From Diadema antillarum (lineage: Eukaryota), in NCBI RefSeq assembly GCF_040938485.1, contig NW_027271000.1, forward strand, positions 2,666,001 to 2,730,000: DNA of 64,000 nucleotides. The letters run 5' to 3'. Made by a program: the position numbers and the translations under genes. The notes beneath the pieces are model-generated. The model searched no databases and was not told the origin of the DNA. It saw only the letters and a program-made list of their open reading frames with translations. This document shows positions 12,201-24,781 of the stretch, one piece after another (within the stretch, counting starts at the first letter, position 1; every line of letters begins with the position of its first letter).

Positions 12201-15200
12201 GCTCGGTTGGTTTCTGGGCTTATAGTGACTCAATGTCCAGCCTCCGCTGCTCAAGGCAAAACAGAGCGGCATGGACAGAAGTCTAGAACTACAAAGCTGT
12301 ATAGCACACTAAAGGTGTTGACAGAGCACCTCAGTAGCCGACAAGGTAGACAAGCGGAATGCGCACTTCGCCGCCGCCACGTGTTTCGGGGTCTGTCCGA
12401 TGGTATGCATCGCAGAGTTTTCGAGGACGGCTCACAACGAAATCGAAGGAAATTGTGAAGATTTCATGTCAACATAAAAACACTAACAACAGCAGAATTA
12501 AAGGTGCCTCCAACGAAATACCAAAACACATTAAAACTCGATCCGAGATGCTCAAATGTAATCATGGAGCTACTACTACAAAAAGCTCTATGTTCAAATC
12601 TAAAGATGCCTATTACAATATAAGACAGGGAAGACAGATATTCATGGAGACTTTCATTATCACTGTCATGGAACATTAATTTCCGGTGCGCAATGGAAAG
12701 ATATTTAGCGGGAGAAGCTCACATCATCTTCATGAATAACATGATACACGTAGTTCGAAATACACACCAATTCGAAGTGTGCGTATACCGCATGCCATTA
12801 TTATTCTTATTTACTTGTTTCGGATTTAGCATCTGTTCTATACTTTCTGATCACGAAAAAATATAAATTACAGTTGTATTATATAAAAAAAAAACCAACA
12901 CCTCGTTCTCCTGCTTCTTGCCACGGAGTAACTGCGTTAAACCTACCTCATCATCTCAGGCAATCAGCACAAAAGCAGATTGTTAATCCTACTAGGAAAG
13001 ACTTCACGTAATTCCTTGCTACGTATATTAGGGTATATTCATGCGAACTCACTCGGAACAAAGTTCTCCCTCGGGAAAAGAGACAAGGTACGCAACAATT
13101 TTGGTGCGTGTTTCGAGTTTACCTTATACATAACATGTTACAAAACTCCCCCACACAATATTGTTAAACTAGCCTACTGCAGAAAGAACGACTTCTCGAC
13201 TAACATCTTGGTGGCGAGACATTGCTGTCATTTTCTCTCGAATGATCCTTTTGACTCAAGTACAAAGTACAACCATGAGCAAATCTCGACAGAAGCCAAA
13301 CGGAAGTGTCAATAGTGACGGTCACTAATTATTCATGTCAGGCTATCAATTTTCTGTGAGTTTATTGCATTGAATGACAAAGCTGGTGACAGTGATACAG
13401 ACATGGAGACATCAATGTTAGTTTCCCTATGGCACTTGGGTCTAATACGACCATCATGTAATCAACAATACAGGATTACAATTCGTCTGCTTTTCATGTC
13501 CATTGATATTCGACATATAGCACTGTTGTGTTAGTTACAGCTGAACAGTACAATAGGATACTTCTATGCCATTCGGGAAACTGAAAGACTTTTAAAAGTG
13601 ATGTTGACTAAAGAAACTGAGCTGAAAGTCATCGCGCTTACAGAAGTATTTGCACCACTTAATTGTGGATTTTGAAATTTGATTAATCGCCTTTAAATCC
13701 CAAGTATCAATATCTCTATCGGCATTTATCGGGTCTTTTTAAAAGACAACCAATCTAAGAGTAATATTGATTTCTCTAAAATGACAAGAAATGCACAACC
13801 CCACTATGAAGACAGTAAAATGTTCGACATATCCACTAGATGTTCCTCATATAATCTATTCGTCATCTTTCCTTCCTTCTTACTCTCGCTCTATTTCGCT
13901 CCTTCTGTCCTTAATTCCGTCTACCGATATTTGACTTTGTTTTATTGCCGTTCATGCGTGTTCACCGTATACTTGCTCGATGTGTCATTTTCTGTTTCCC
14001 CCGCCTGGAAAACGACATTGTCCTTTCTTAAACGTCAAACATTTACAGACGAGTGAATGGACATTCTCGGCATTACATTTTTTTTTTTTAACATTTGAAT
14101 GTTTATGATGTCCCTCGAATAATTTTTAACTATTGTTTAAATATTGGTAGTGGCATACAGTCATAGACTCATTAACTACAAACTCAATTGCGATAATAGC
14201 ACTGACATCAAGTCCCCACCATCCTCCTCTTCATCATATCATTACAATTTCAATCTTTTCAGTGTATTTTGATCTGCTTGGTGTCTGTTTTCTCGAGGTT
14301 TCATTATGATTATGAGGTGGTACATGATAGAGTTCATCATTAAGGTCAGACCGCTGCCTCTCCCCACCCCACCCCCCCACCCCCTTCTTGGATCAGGTTT
14401 CCGGTTGTTCAACTCCCACACCATAATATGTCACTCTGACCAACAATCACAGTCATATTCGAATAGATAATCAGTCATAACACAATCATCATTTCAAGCT
14501 TTCGTGCACGCTGTTTGAACCGGTCAGGTTAGTGGCTTGGAAGAACTATGTACATAGTGCGAATATAGAAATCAATGTGAAATCATGTAGGGCCTATAAT
14601 CAAGGGCCTATATAGCTTTTCAGTCTTGTGTACCGTCACTTCCTTGTATCAAAAACACATTGGTGCACTGGCTTATATAAACAGACAAATGAATTTCATG
14701 GGTATAATAATATATAGATAAAATTTGAATTGTTTCAGAACGAAAACGTGGTGAAATTTGGTTACTTGTGTGAATTGGGGACTTCAATAAAACTTCAGTG
14801 TGAACTGACCTATTTGACATGATGACTCGTTCAGAAAGTATTGCACATTTCATGATGACTCTTGACTACGATAATGAATAAGTTCATCTCCGGATAACTG
14901 GGCAAATCCTTAGCATTCGGATATTTTGAAACATTAAAATTTTCTTCTAATGTATTTATAATGCTTTCTAATGCTTCATTTCTGTTGTCAATGCTATAAG
15001 TGCTTCTAACTTTTTTCCTTTTTTCACATTGAAGATTTACTGAAGTAACTGTTTGGAGTCTAACCAACCGCCCCCTGAAGCTCCTTGATGACACACATGC
15101 TATACCGTAACAAATGCCCAGTTTTGTGCAGAAAAAAAAAAAAACTTCCAGAGGTCTCTCAAGGAATTATCACCAACAGTAACTTTCATCTCTCGGGATT

Positions 15201-16325
15201 GGGTAACTGTAGGATTTCATGTATGTGAGATATCATCGTGGGTAATATTTTAGTTTTATGAAATGGATAGGTCTACACTATATACGGACACAGATGGTTA
15301 CAATATTGTCGTATAAGATTTAGTTGGGCGTACTTTTGTTCGTCCGTTTTCATTTGAGGGCTGCGAGATCCTCACACACTTTGAACATCATTCAGAAAAC
15401 TACGAGTCCAGTCTCATTGTCATTTTTTTTTTAAATACCGGTTATCCCTCGTGGATGCATAAACATATACAAATGCATAACACATACATGTTTATATTAT
15501 ATACACATAAGAACACACGCAAGTTGTCACAGAATACTAGAAAGGTGACGGCATATTGCAGCTACAAGCTCCATGGTGACAGAAAAGCCATCGAAGGACG
15601 GCACACTTCTCTCCGACACCTTCCGTCCGTATGTTCAACTCTCTCAGATGAGCACGTGACTGCATGCGACATGACATTTCAATGTGAGTCGGGTGTCATC
15701 GGGAATCCATAACGCCTTTGTCCCCAAAATTACCCCGCTCTAGCTTACGATAAGTATACCACACAGAGTTTCTTTCCGATGCTGTGTGTCTTCTCCCAGC
15801 CCAGCGCCTTTGCAATAATCGGTGCTTGGGACGAATATAGGAGTCTCGTATGGTGTGAATACAGGTTATTTTGTGGCATTTGTGTACTGTATTTTTGCGG
15901 GGCCATGGAGTTTATCAAGTGGCTGAATAACATTCCTTTTCCATGAATGTTGTTTGGGTGGGTGACGGTTCAGCTGCTGGTGCGCAGCGAATGACCCGGT
16001 TACCTCACATCGTTTTATCTTCACTATGGAAATCTCGCACCGGGCTGCAGATATTCATATAAGTTTTCGTTACATAAAGAAGTTCGCTTCTATTCTTACC
16101 CTTTTTAGTATACATGCATCACATGAATGGGAGATAAAATAGACATTGGTTAGGTACAGATAGGTTTGAGAAACCCTAATGACATAAATGATCAAACGAA
16201 AGAGCTCGATGGATTTTCTTTTTTTTTTAATATACAAGTCATCGTGTGCGTTGCCTCCAGACTGGCTGTATAAGATGAGGTGGATAGAGAGGAGAATGGA
16301 ATTAAAAGGTCCCAAGGGAACTTAC

Positions 16326-16593
16326 CCCTACACCTGCCGTTGATACAACTCAGCCCGAAAGCCGCATCGCATGGCCTTTTTGGAATACTGCACATTTCTC
16401 CCGCCTGCCTCATACACACAGTACAGCAGCCACAAGGGTCTGCAAAGTTTCTGTCGCCCGTGCATCTTTCGGGCAAGCTGGGGCACATCCAGTTACAACT
16501 ACGATACTCCACTGGGCAAGAATCACTGGCCCCTACTTCAGGAGGGGTCAGGAAGAGATGTGCGAAGCACGCGCACACCAGCACCATCACCAT
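16326..16593 (-). CDS. Exon encoding signal peptide plus complete insulin-like growth factor binding (IB/IGFBP N-terminal) domain of a secreted protein; downstream exons unresolved
   Basis: MVMVLVCACFAHLFLTPPEVGA (signal-like) is followed by 12 Cys in IB spacing, including PCGCCTVC (IGFBP GCGCCxxC motif) and RQAGEMC...CDAAFGLSCINGRC. The exon ends at a canonical phase-1 donor AGGG|gtaagt at 16326/16325. Confidence 0.85.
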
Positions 16594-19500
16594 CGAGACT
16601 GAGACTCTGCCCCCTCCATGCTGAACACTTCCCGGATTGGATGGCAAAACCCTCTTCCCTCCCCATCTTTCACGGTAGAGACAATATACAGACATTGTTG
16701 ATAATTGAATTTGTCCAGTCATTTTGTTGTCTTCCAAGTTCAAAGGAAACACGTTGTCCAGCGGCATCAGCTGTTGATACCATCACAGCAACACTGCAGA
16801 TGGCTCTTGCTGCTTCACTTAACACTTCCCGGAGTCAGTCTTCATTCATTAAACTCGAGCAACCCGAGTTCCATCTAGTCTAGTTCCATCAATGTTAATT
16901 GCGACGACAGACCAACGCCATGAATGAAAGGCATTATTCCTCATAACAAGTTTCCCTTACAGCCATCACGACATCCTCCACAGCACAGACTCACTGGCCT
17001 TGCGACAAGAGTGGCTGGTGGTGGGAGATGAACTGGGCTCTCTACTGGCATGGGACGACTCTCTGTAGCAGACGAGCTGTAAGACTGAAACGTGGTAGCC
17101 AGCAGATATCACATAAATCTCGCAGACCGTAACCGCGCACAGCTTCGCATCGCCTTGTCTCCTCCGGTCGCCCTCTGCTATGCCAAGTGCGCGTGCGTGT
17201 TCAATTATACCCACTGTTATAATGATTCACTTCAGATACTGTAGTATATCAACTATATTCACGTGTGCGAATTTTGACATGGGCCAAAAGCCGTTTCCGA
17301 TTTGTTCCCCTCTCCGCTCCGCTCTCCTTGTCTTTCCTCTATCGCGGTGGAATGTGAATAAAGCCGCGCGGGGTCTAAGACCTTTGCAGAGGGAGGAGAA
17401 ACAAATCTGTGTGTAGAGTGAGCCCAGTTTGGAGATACTCGAGCCAGAATCTTGGCCGGAACAATGTAGTGCGAGAGAAATCATTCACGTCTTTACCTCG
17501 TCTGCTTTCACAGCCAGCCGATCAGTAAGGCTTTGCAGACAAACAAGAGGAGGAAAGGCAGACTCAACTCTGTTAATGGTCGACTAGTCCGCTGCCCGCC
17601 AGAGCGTTTTGACATGCCGTGCAACATACTGAGTACACAGGGGGATATCTTGCTCGCCGGGGTGGTGAATTTGCTGGGTTTTATTCTTCTCTTTTAGGAG
17701 TTATACTAGAGCCCTGGGTAAAATAACAACATCAAGAACTGTATAAACGAACATCTAAACAATAACAACGCATCATGTGCCCAGCAACTGCATTATGCAA
17801 AGTCTATATAAATAGAATACGATAAACAACAACAAAAAATGAATAGTAGAGTTTAATGTTAGGAAAGCAAAATCTGATTCTTAATCGAAAATGATTAAAC
17901 ATAACCTCTTCCTTATACAACATGTAGATGAACATGTGGATTAACATGTATCAGAATACCAAAATGATGCTCTGATCACAGTCTGCCGTTGATTGCCATA
18001 AAACTGTCTTCGTATACGTATTCAGTTTATGGGTGCGCTTATGATTACTCTGAGTTGGTTTCGTGCTTTGTCTACACGTCATACTCGTATGAATGTAACA
18101 ATCATGACTGGAATATGAACACAGAGAGTCGTACCAGTGAAGACTTCTGATTTCAATCTACAGAGCCTTGTTTATAATTATACGAGATACATTCGGGATC
18201 TCCATCATCGCATTTTCAGTTCGCTTGTTGTCTCATCATAATATTTCAGTGTATGCTGTTGTTTGAAGATATACCGTAAACTCACTGCGCTAACTTTGGT
18301 ATTTTGGTTGCTTTTTGTATAGAACAGAGGTAAACCAGGATCAGTGAAGCAGAGAGAAGAATTTAGACGTTTCCACAGGGCACTGGGCAAGCGGTAGATA
18401 TGCGTTTAATCCGATAGTTATTGGAGCAGAATAATCTCAAACCAAATGTATCTGTTTTGCCATGCAGGCACGCGTGTCTATGCTGCATTACATCACAAAC
18501 TTTATATATGTAAGCCAAAGAAAGTACAGATTCTGAAGAGCGATTAATCTTTTAAAGTTTGGGATATATAGCACACGGTGGTACAGTCATGTTCTATTCT
18601 TATCTCTCCATAAGTCATGCGTCTATTATTGTTCTTTTGTAGAAGTAGTTCGACTCTACATTTGACGGGTAAAGGTGCTACGCTTAGGATAGGAGTGGAA
18701 ATTTCGTATGCCATTTCCCAAGCATTGCTCTGCTATCGCAAAGATAACAGGTGCATGTGAGTAATTGATAAGTGCCTGCTTGTTCAATAAGTTCAATAAC
18801 TTAGGGCGCACTTATCTCAGTGGTCTCCACCACTGATCTCAAAGACTATAAAGAACCAAAACAACAATTATCTCAAGAATTGTTTCAGCACTTTTGATAT
18901 TTTTTTTTCATATGATTTAACTTAAAGTCATTCGCAACTGAGGGCGCATACACTGTATGGGGTAAAACACCTAATAAGTTTTCGTTTAGTAGAGATTCAT
19001 GAAAGAAAATGTACTTAGGGAAGAGTTGATGTATATCATATTTTTAAATGAGATTGACGAGTTCTTTAACACTCCCATCCCCTGAGAAGAAAGGGATTCC
19101 ATGTTTCGTGGAATTAATGCTTCGCTCCCAGGGAGCATAACCAGTAAAGGACTAACCTACATCGGAATATACATGACTGCAGAGACATGACAATCTATAA
19201 ACTATGATTTACGCATGCGATCTACAAGTACATGATTAATTAAGCATTGATGAATGTATTCCCCAAGTAAGATTGAAACCATGTTTTGAGTTTTATGAAC
19301 ACTCAGGCAACACAACACAGATGAATGTAAACACATGAATAGAATGTAAATCAGGGCTGAGTGCCGATAGCGTCTCCATTATACCATATAAACGTTTTTC
19401 TCTGTTTTGTTTCGTTTTTTTTTTCTCTCTCTCTGGCATTACATATGCCAGGGGTCAGAAAAGTTCACATCATATCACAGTAATTTACATCACAATGTCT

Positions 19501-19736
19501 ACTCTGAAAATTAACTGCAACTTGCGCAGCTTGTCTTGATTCATGACTACTATATTATTGTATCTTCAGTTGTCAAGAAGACTCAGCAAACAACTTTGAT
19601 ATCACGCCGATGCGAATGTTGGATATCAAAATAACCATTCATGGGATAATCATGGGGATTTGCATGTACACCTCGAATGATTACGCTGTAAATCCCAGCG
19701 AACCTCTCCCAAGAAGAACTAAACATCGACAATTAT

Positions 19737-20290
19737 AGGGAATGTAAACCCAAAGAGCAATGTGGATTGAGTGAAAGCAGTAATATTAGAAGAACACGTC
19801 AGTGAAAGTTTGAGGTAAATCGGGCAATCGATGCAAAAGTTATGAATTTTTAAAGTTTTGGTGTTGGAACTGCTGGGTAAGGAGACTACTAGAGGTTATG
19901 ACGTATGAGAAGACTACAACATGAAGAAAATATAAAGGGAATTCAATAGAAATTCATTTTTCATGAAAATTACACATTCCATCAACTTGATACTGACATG
20001 GGTAGCACTTATTCCCCCTGCTTTCTGAAAGCGGTTAGTCAAGTACTCTTTCATTTTGCTATAAAAGTGATTTTTTTTTGTGGAATTCCTTATATATTTT
20101 CTTTATATTGTTGTCCACTCATACGTCATAACCTCTAGTAGTCTCCTCATCCAGCGGTTCCAACACCAAAACTTTAAAAATTCATAACTTTTGCATCGAT
20201 TGTCCGATTTTCCTCAAACTTTCACTGATGTGTTCTATTAATGTTAATACTTTTACTCAATCCACATTGCTCTTTGGGTTTGCGTTCCCT
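19737..20290. mobile_element. Fold-back MITE, TTAA-target, AGG termini (Kolobok/T2-like)
   Basis: Imperfect TIRs of about 210 bp (19737-19946 / 20081-20290). Flanks are TTAT (19733-36) and TTAA (20291-94). Confidence 0.85.
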
Positions 20291-22322
20291 TTAATGGAAG
20301 CAAACGACAAAACAAAGTAAAAATGAAATAAAGAAGAAGAAAGAAACAAAAGCTCCGTTGATAATCTTCCGGGGACGCCTCATAGTATTACGTCCGAAGG
20401 GGGCAAAACGTATACATAAAAGAAGCCTAGACAACCTTAGGATTTGAGTCAAACCTGCCATGTTAGCGATTTTGTTATTAAAAAAAGGAAATAATAACAA
20501 TAATAATGAATGACATTATGCAATCCGATGCATATAGGCCTTGTCACTGCCGATCCATGATTTTAGAGTCAAGGAAGAAACGATTCAAACGGAAAATAAC
20601 AATATCTTTCATTAGCAAGCTCGTTATATTTTTCTTCCTTTCTTTACGTTGACGCCCTGGCGCTAGCTCTTTTAATTCCTCTCTGGCAAGAAATATTTTG
20701 TTTTGTGTTGTGTAAGTAAAGCGAAGACGAGTCATTTCTCCAAGTATATCCTTACAGCAGAATACTGTACGTCACTTTTTTCATCTCTCACAGGTTTCAA
20801 ACAAAATGTGCGGAGTGAAAAAGAAGCAATTATACCGGAGCTAATTATCTTCGTCTCGTAACACGAAAAATTAGGCGCCAGACATGTGTCCGTCTCACAT
20901 GGCTAAACAGCGAGCATTGTCCAAGCCGACTGGCTCCATCGTCCAGTCGGTCCATTCGCTTGGCCAGTGCCGTTACTTTGTCAGGCTTGACCCTGTTGTC
21001 CTTAGAACTGGGTCAAACTCATTGGCCAAACGAAGGTCCCCAGCTGACGGGCTTATCAGTAAACATTCCACAGACCATGACCTGTCTGTTTCAAAAGGGG
21101 GGGGGGGGGGGGCTGAAGAGGGGAGATTATGACGTTGGCGCTGAAAACCAACGCAGCGGAACAAGGTGTAACCATGGAGCTCCTTGAGATAACACGATAA
21201 TGACCTCCCGCGAGAAAGGGCCTTACAGTCTGGGAATGTCTACCAATCACCGTTACCTGACTTTCTCTGTATGGTGTTCGTTCAGTGTGTGCAAAGCGCT
21301 GCATTATCGCATCAAAATGATGAAAACGGACTTCGACGATCATGTTTCCATATCCACGCAATCCGCGCTGACTTCACAAAAGACTTGCAGAATGATCGAC
21401 GCCACAGTTTTGAACAACAGGACAGGTTTTTAACAATGAAAATCTGCGGTGAATGGTTTTTGATCGTTGTTTTGAAAAGAGAAGCTTGGACGAATGGTAA
21501 CCTTTACACCCCAAATCCCCTCCCATCTTTTCTGCATACTGTCGTCGCGCCAATATTATGCACACTAACTTTGAAAAAGGATACTGGTTATTGGTAACTA
21601 GATAAAGAATCAGGATAATGTCTTCTTCCATTTTTAGCATAGCAATGACAAAGTAAATCCGGTTTTTGTCTGGTTTATTCTTTATTCCATAACAATTTTT
21701 GAGAGAAGTGTCACTCAGATTGTTGTTATGACACTGTGAAGATGTAAAAACAGCCACAGAAAATGCGTAGGACGTCGACTTCTGTCTCATATTTTTTTCT
21801 TGATTTATTTACATAGCCATATCACAGACGTGCGCACAATTAGACACAAATATAGCTGGGCAGGAAAGTGTAGGCGTGGGGGCGGGGGTAGCCCAGACTT
21901 CCGCCCTTCCGACATAAATCCATCGTTACTAGGACTATCGGCGTCCCCCCAAAAACAGCTCGTATCTGCAAAATATCAAATGGCGCATGGAGGTGATCAT
22001 GTTGTGGTGGTGGTAGTCGTGGTGGTATGTGTGTGTTTATGTATGTGTGTGCGTGGGGGCGGGGGGGGGGGGGGGGAGGGGGTGGTTAGGGCGTGGTGTG
22101 AAACCCCGTATTGAACACATAACACCCGGATCATTAAAGCAAACTTTGTTTGAGCTTGGTTCCGCAATTCACAATCGAGGTTTCTTGCAATGTCAATCTC
22201 ATCTCACTGTTGCAAGGTAATCACCAGGAAAGAGCAGTGCAGGGATTATGAATTTGGCAAAAAAGCGCACACTCTCACACATTGACACCACTCTGCACAC
22301 CAAAGAGATTTTATAGTTTTAA

Positions 22323-22328
<6 letters not shown>

Positions 22329-22370
<42 letters not shown>
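22329..22370. repeat. (CA)n microsatellite
   Basis: Uninterrupted AC run. Confidence 0.95.
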
Positions 22371-22372
<2 letters not shown>

Positions 22373-22419
22373 TACAATATTAGGGCGGCTGCTGATGGTT
22401 CAGGCTCTAGGGCATTTAA

Positions 22420-22949
22420 AGAGGAAATCCACTTTAAGAGAACTTTAATTGCAATTTTTTCCGGAAACATTTCTTGATCAGTCCTTATAAATATTCAAAT
22501 AATCGACTTTGTGATGTCATGCCCTCACAATTTTTCGTAATAATGATTATGTTATATATGAAATTCGGAAATTTTTTATTTTGACTAATAGGTCCTGCAA
22601 GTAAAAGCATATTCCCATGCCAAAATATACAAGAGTTAACGTTAATTTTGTTCTTTTTTTATTTTGGGTGGTTTTACGGCAAGGTTTACATTCATGCAGC
22701 TGAAATGTTTTCTTTTTTGGGGGGTCATTTCTGTATATATGAAAAGAATAAGAAATAATGTGAGACCGTGACATCCTCAACTTGCTGATTTGAATATTCT
22801 GGTCAAGAAGTGTTTTCCGAAAAAAAAAGAAATTTCAGAATGTCATAACTTCCTTATTTCTCATCTAATTTTGATCATATTTGCACTGTTCTGCAGGGAT
22901 TTTTTTCTTTTTCTTTGAAATTTATAAAACTTTCAAATGGATTTCTTCT
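22420..22949. mobile_element. TTAA-target MITE (Kolobok/T2-like)
   Basis: TTAA|AGAGGAAATCCA ... TGGATTTCTTCT|TTAA, with internal inverted segments (TCTTGATCAG / CTGGTCAAGA). Confidence 0.7.
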
Positions 22950-23008
22950 TTAAGTTAAAAATTTCATGATTAGGCTCTATCTCAATGAGGATCGAGTTAT
23001 GATCTTAA

Positions 23009-23365
23009 AGGGGATGGCTAGTAACCGATCAGTGGGAATCAGTGGAAATGCTGAGGGATGATTGTTCCAATCCTTTTGGGACTCATTTAAGAGTACATTA
23101 TGTATCTATTGTTGTGTGAACATTATTTGCTTCAGAACGGTCTCATATTCAAGTAATGTGCAGATTAATGCTCCGTCACTGACCAGGCACGCTAACCTGG
23201 AAACATTAAATTGCACATTACTAGAATATGAGACCATTCTGAAGCAAATAATTTTCACACAACAATAGATATATAATGTACTCTTAAATGAATCCCACAA
23301 GGATTGGAACAATCATCCTCCAGCATTCCCACTGATTCCCATTGATCAGTTACTAGCCATCCCCT
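23009..23365. mobile_element. Almost fully palindromic TTAA-target MITE (Kolobok/T2-like)
   Basis: 162-bp arms (23009-23170 / 23204-23365), 33-bp spacer, TTAA on both sides, termini AGGGG/CCCCT. Confidence 0.9.
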
Positions 23366-24099
23366 TTAACAAATTAATGGTTGTTGTCGTCTGCCTTTGG
23401 CGGGGAAAAATGGATGAGGTGGACGGACTTCTGAATAATGTCAATAATACTACTACGAACATGTCTCCAATATCCCTGACACAACCCGGAGGCACATTGT
23501 CAACTGAATTCCCGTGAATTAAACTGCAAAAGGCCTCGAATTTTATGTTCAAGCCATCCACTGCAATTTGGTGTGGCACATTCAAATTAAGCTATTTTCT
23601 TCTGGAGCTAATTGTATGATTTGAAATGACGATGAATTGAAATCACTGACGTCTTGTTTTGTCATTATAGTTCGTATTTTTTATTATCATTATTAGCATG
23701 TATCTTTCGACTATATCCTATACATGTTCCTTTTGAAAGCTTTTGCTGTTGAACCCAGTGTGCACTACAGTACAAGAAATTCCTTTGTACAAGTGGTTGG
23801 TTGTCACTTTTGAATTATAAGCACGGTGCAATCCAATAGCTGTTAGTGCATTGATCTAGAAACTGTAAAACTTGCAATAGCCTACTGTCACTCGCAACCA
23901 AAAAAAGAAAAAAAAATATTGCTATTACTAGTATTTCATCGCTGTGCCATATTAGAAAGGGAATTACAAGAATATACAAATATGAATTATTACAAAATTC
24001 ACGCACACCATAAATTGGACCAAATTTGAAAGTCATTCCAAAAATGACTGGTTGAGTTACCTCTGGTACCAAGTAATGGATGTTCAATATGGTCTAGAG

Positions 24100-24314
24100 C
24101 ATGGCCGGCGGAAGCGGGGGGCCGTGGGAGCTCGGGTCCCCACACTTTTAGTGCACCATAATACAAAGGAATACATAAGGTGTCATCACTTTGGGCCTCC
24201 CCTAAGTGGCACAAAAAAGGAATAGATAGAGATCTTGAAGTGTGATCGCGGTAAGGTTATGTTTTTCCGCTGAAGACCTTTTTTTTGCTTGTTAGCTCAT
24301 CAAACCCGGAAGTG

Positions 24315-24346
<32 letters not shown>

Positions 24347-24370
24347 TTTGAAAACGCTCCGTCGGCCCTG
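24100..24370. mobile_element. hAT-like MITE
   Basis: Imperfect TIR CATGGCCGGCGGAAGCG / CGCTCCGTCGGCCCTG. No intact 8-bp TSD seen. Confidence 0.5.
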
Positions 24371-24379
24371 TGGATTAGG

Positions 24380-24460
24380 TTTGTTTTGTTGGTTTGTTTG
24401 TTGTTTGTTGTTTTGTTGTTTGTTGTTTGTTGTTTTTGTTGTTTTTGTTGTTGTTTTTGA
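24380..24460. repeat. Imperfect (TTG)n low-complexity tract
   Basis: TTGTTT/TTG repeats. Confidence 0.85.
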
Positions 24461-24781
24461 TCAGCTTGTAAAGAGTACGCGGGAGTTCTCAAAAGTCGGG
24501 GTCAAAAGTACAATGTAGAATTGCGTTCACTGCATACGTAATGTACGCACTTCTTCAATTTGGCAAAGAACAGAGTAACAGTGCCGTAACTGCACCAGCA
24601 AAAATGACAAAGTGCTAGTGTAGGTTACCTACGGTGTCGTATATAGATACAGATTATGATCAAGATCTCTCAAATACGGCACTGGCAAAAAGGCTCTGGC
24701 AAGACATAGTGTTAGGTCTACTGCAAAGTAATGTCAAGAGCGCCATCTGTGTTGACAAGCTGCTTATAAAGTCTTATCAAA

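Noticed and set aside
16280-16883. 114-aa and 170-aa plus-strand ORFs
   Set aside because: Antisense to the IB-domain exon, with no independent motifs.
20880-21430. GC-richer patch with many short overlapping ORFs
   Set aside because: All frames are interrupted, with no recognisable motif or consistent splice sites. Probably an old repeat remnant.
23062-23312. Two nearly identical 68-aa ORFs on opposite strands
   Set aside because: Artefact of the palindromic MITE at 23009-23365.
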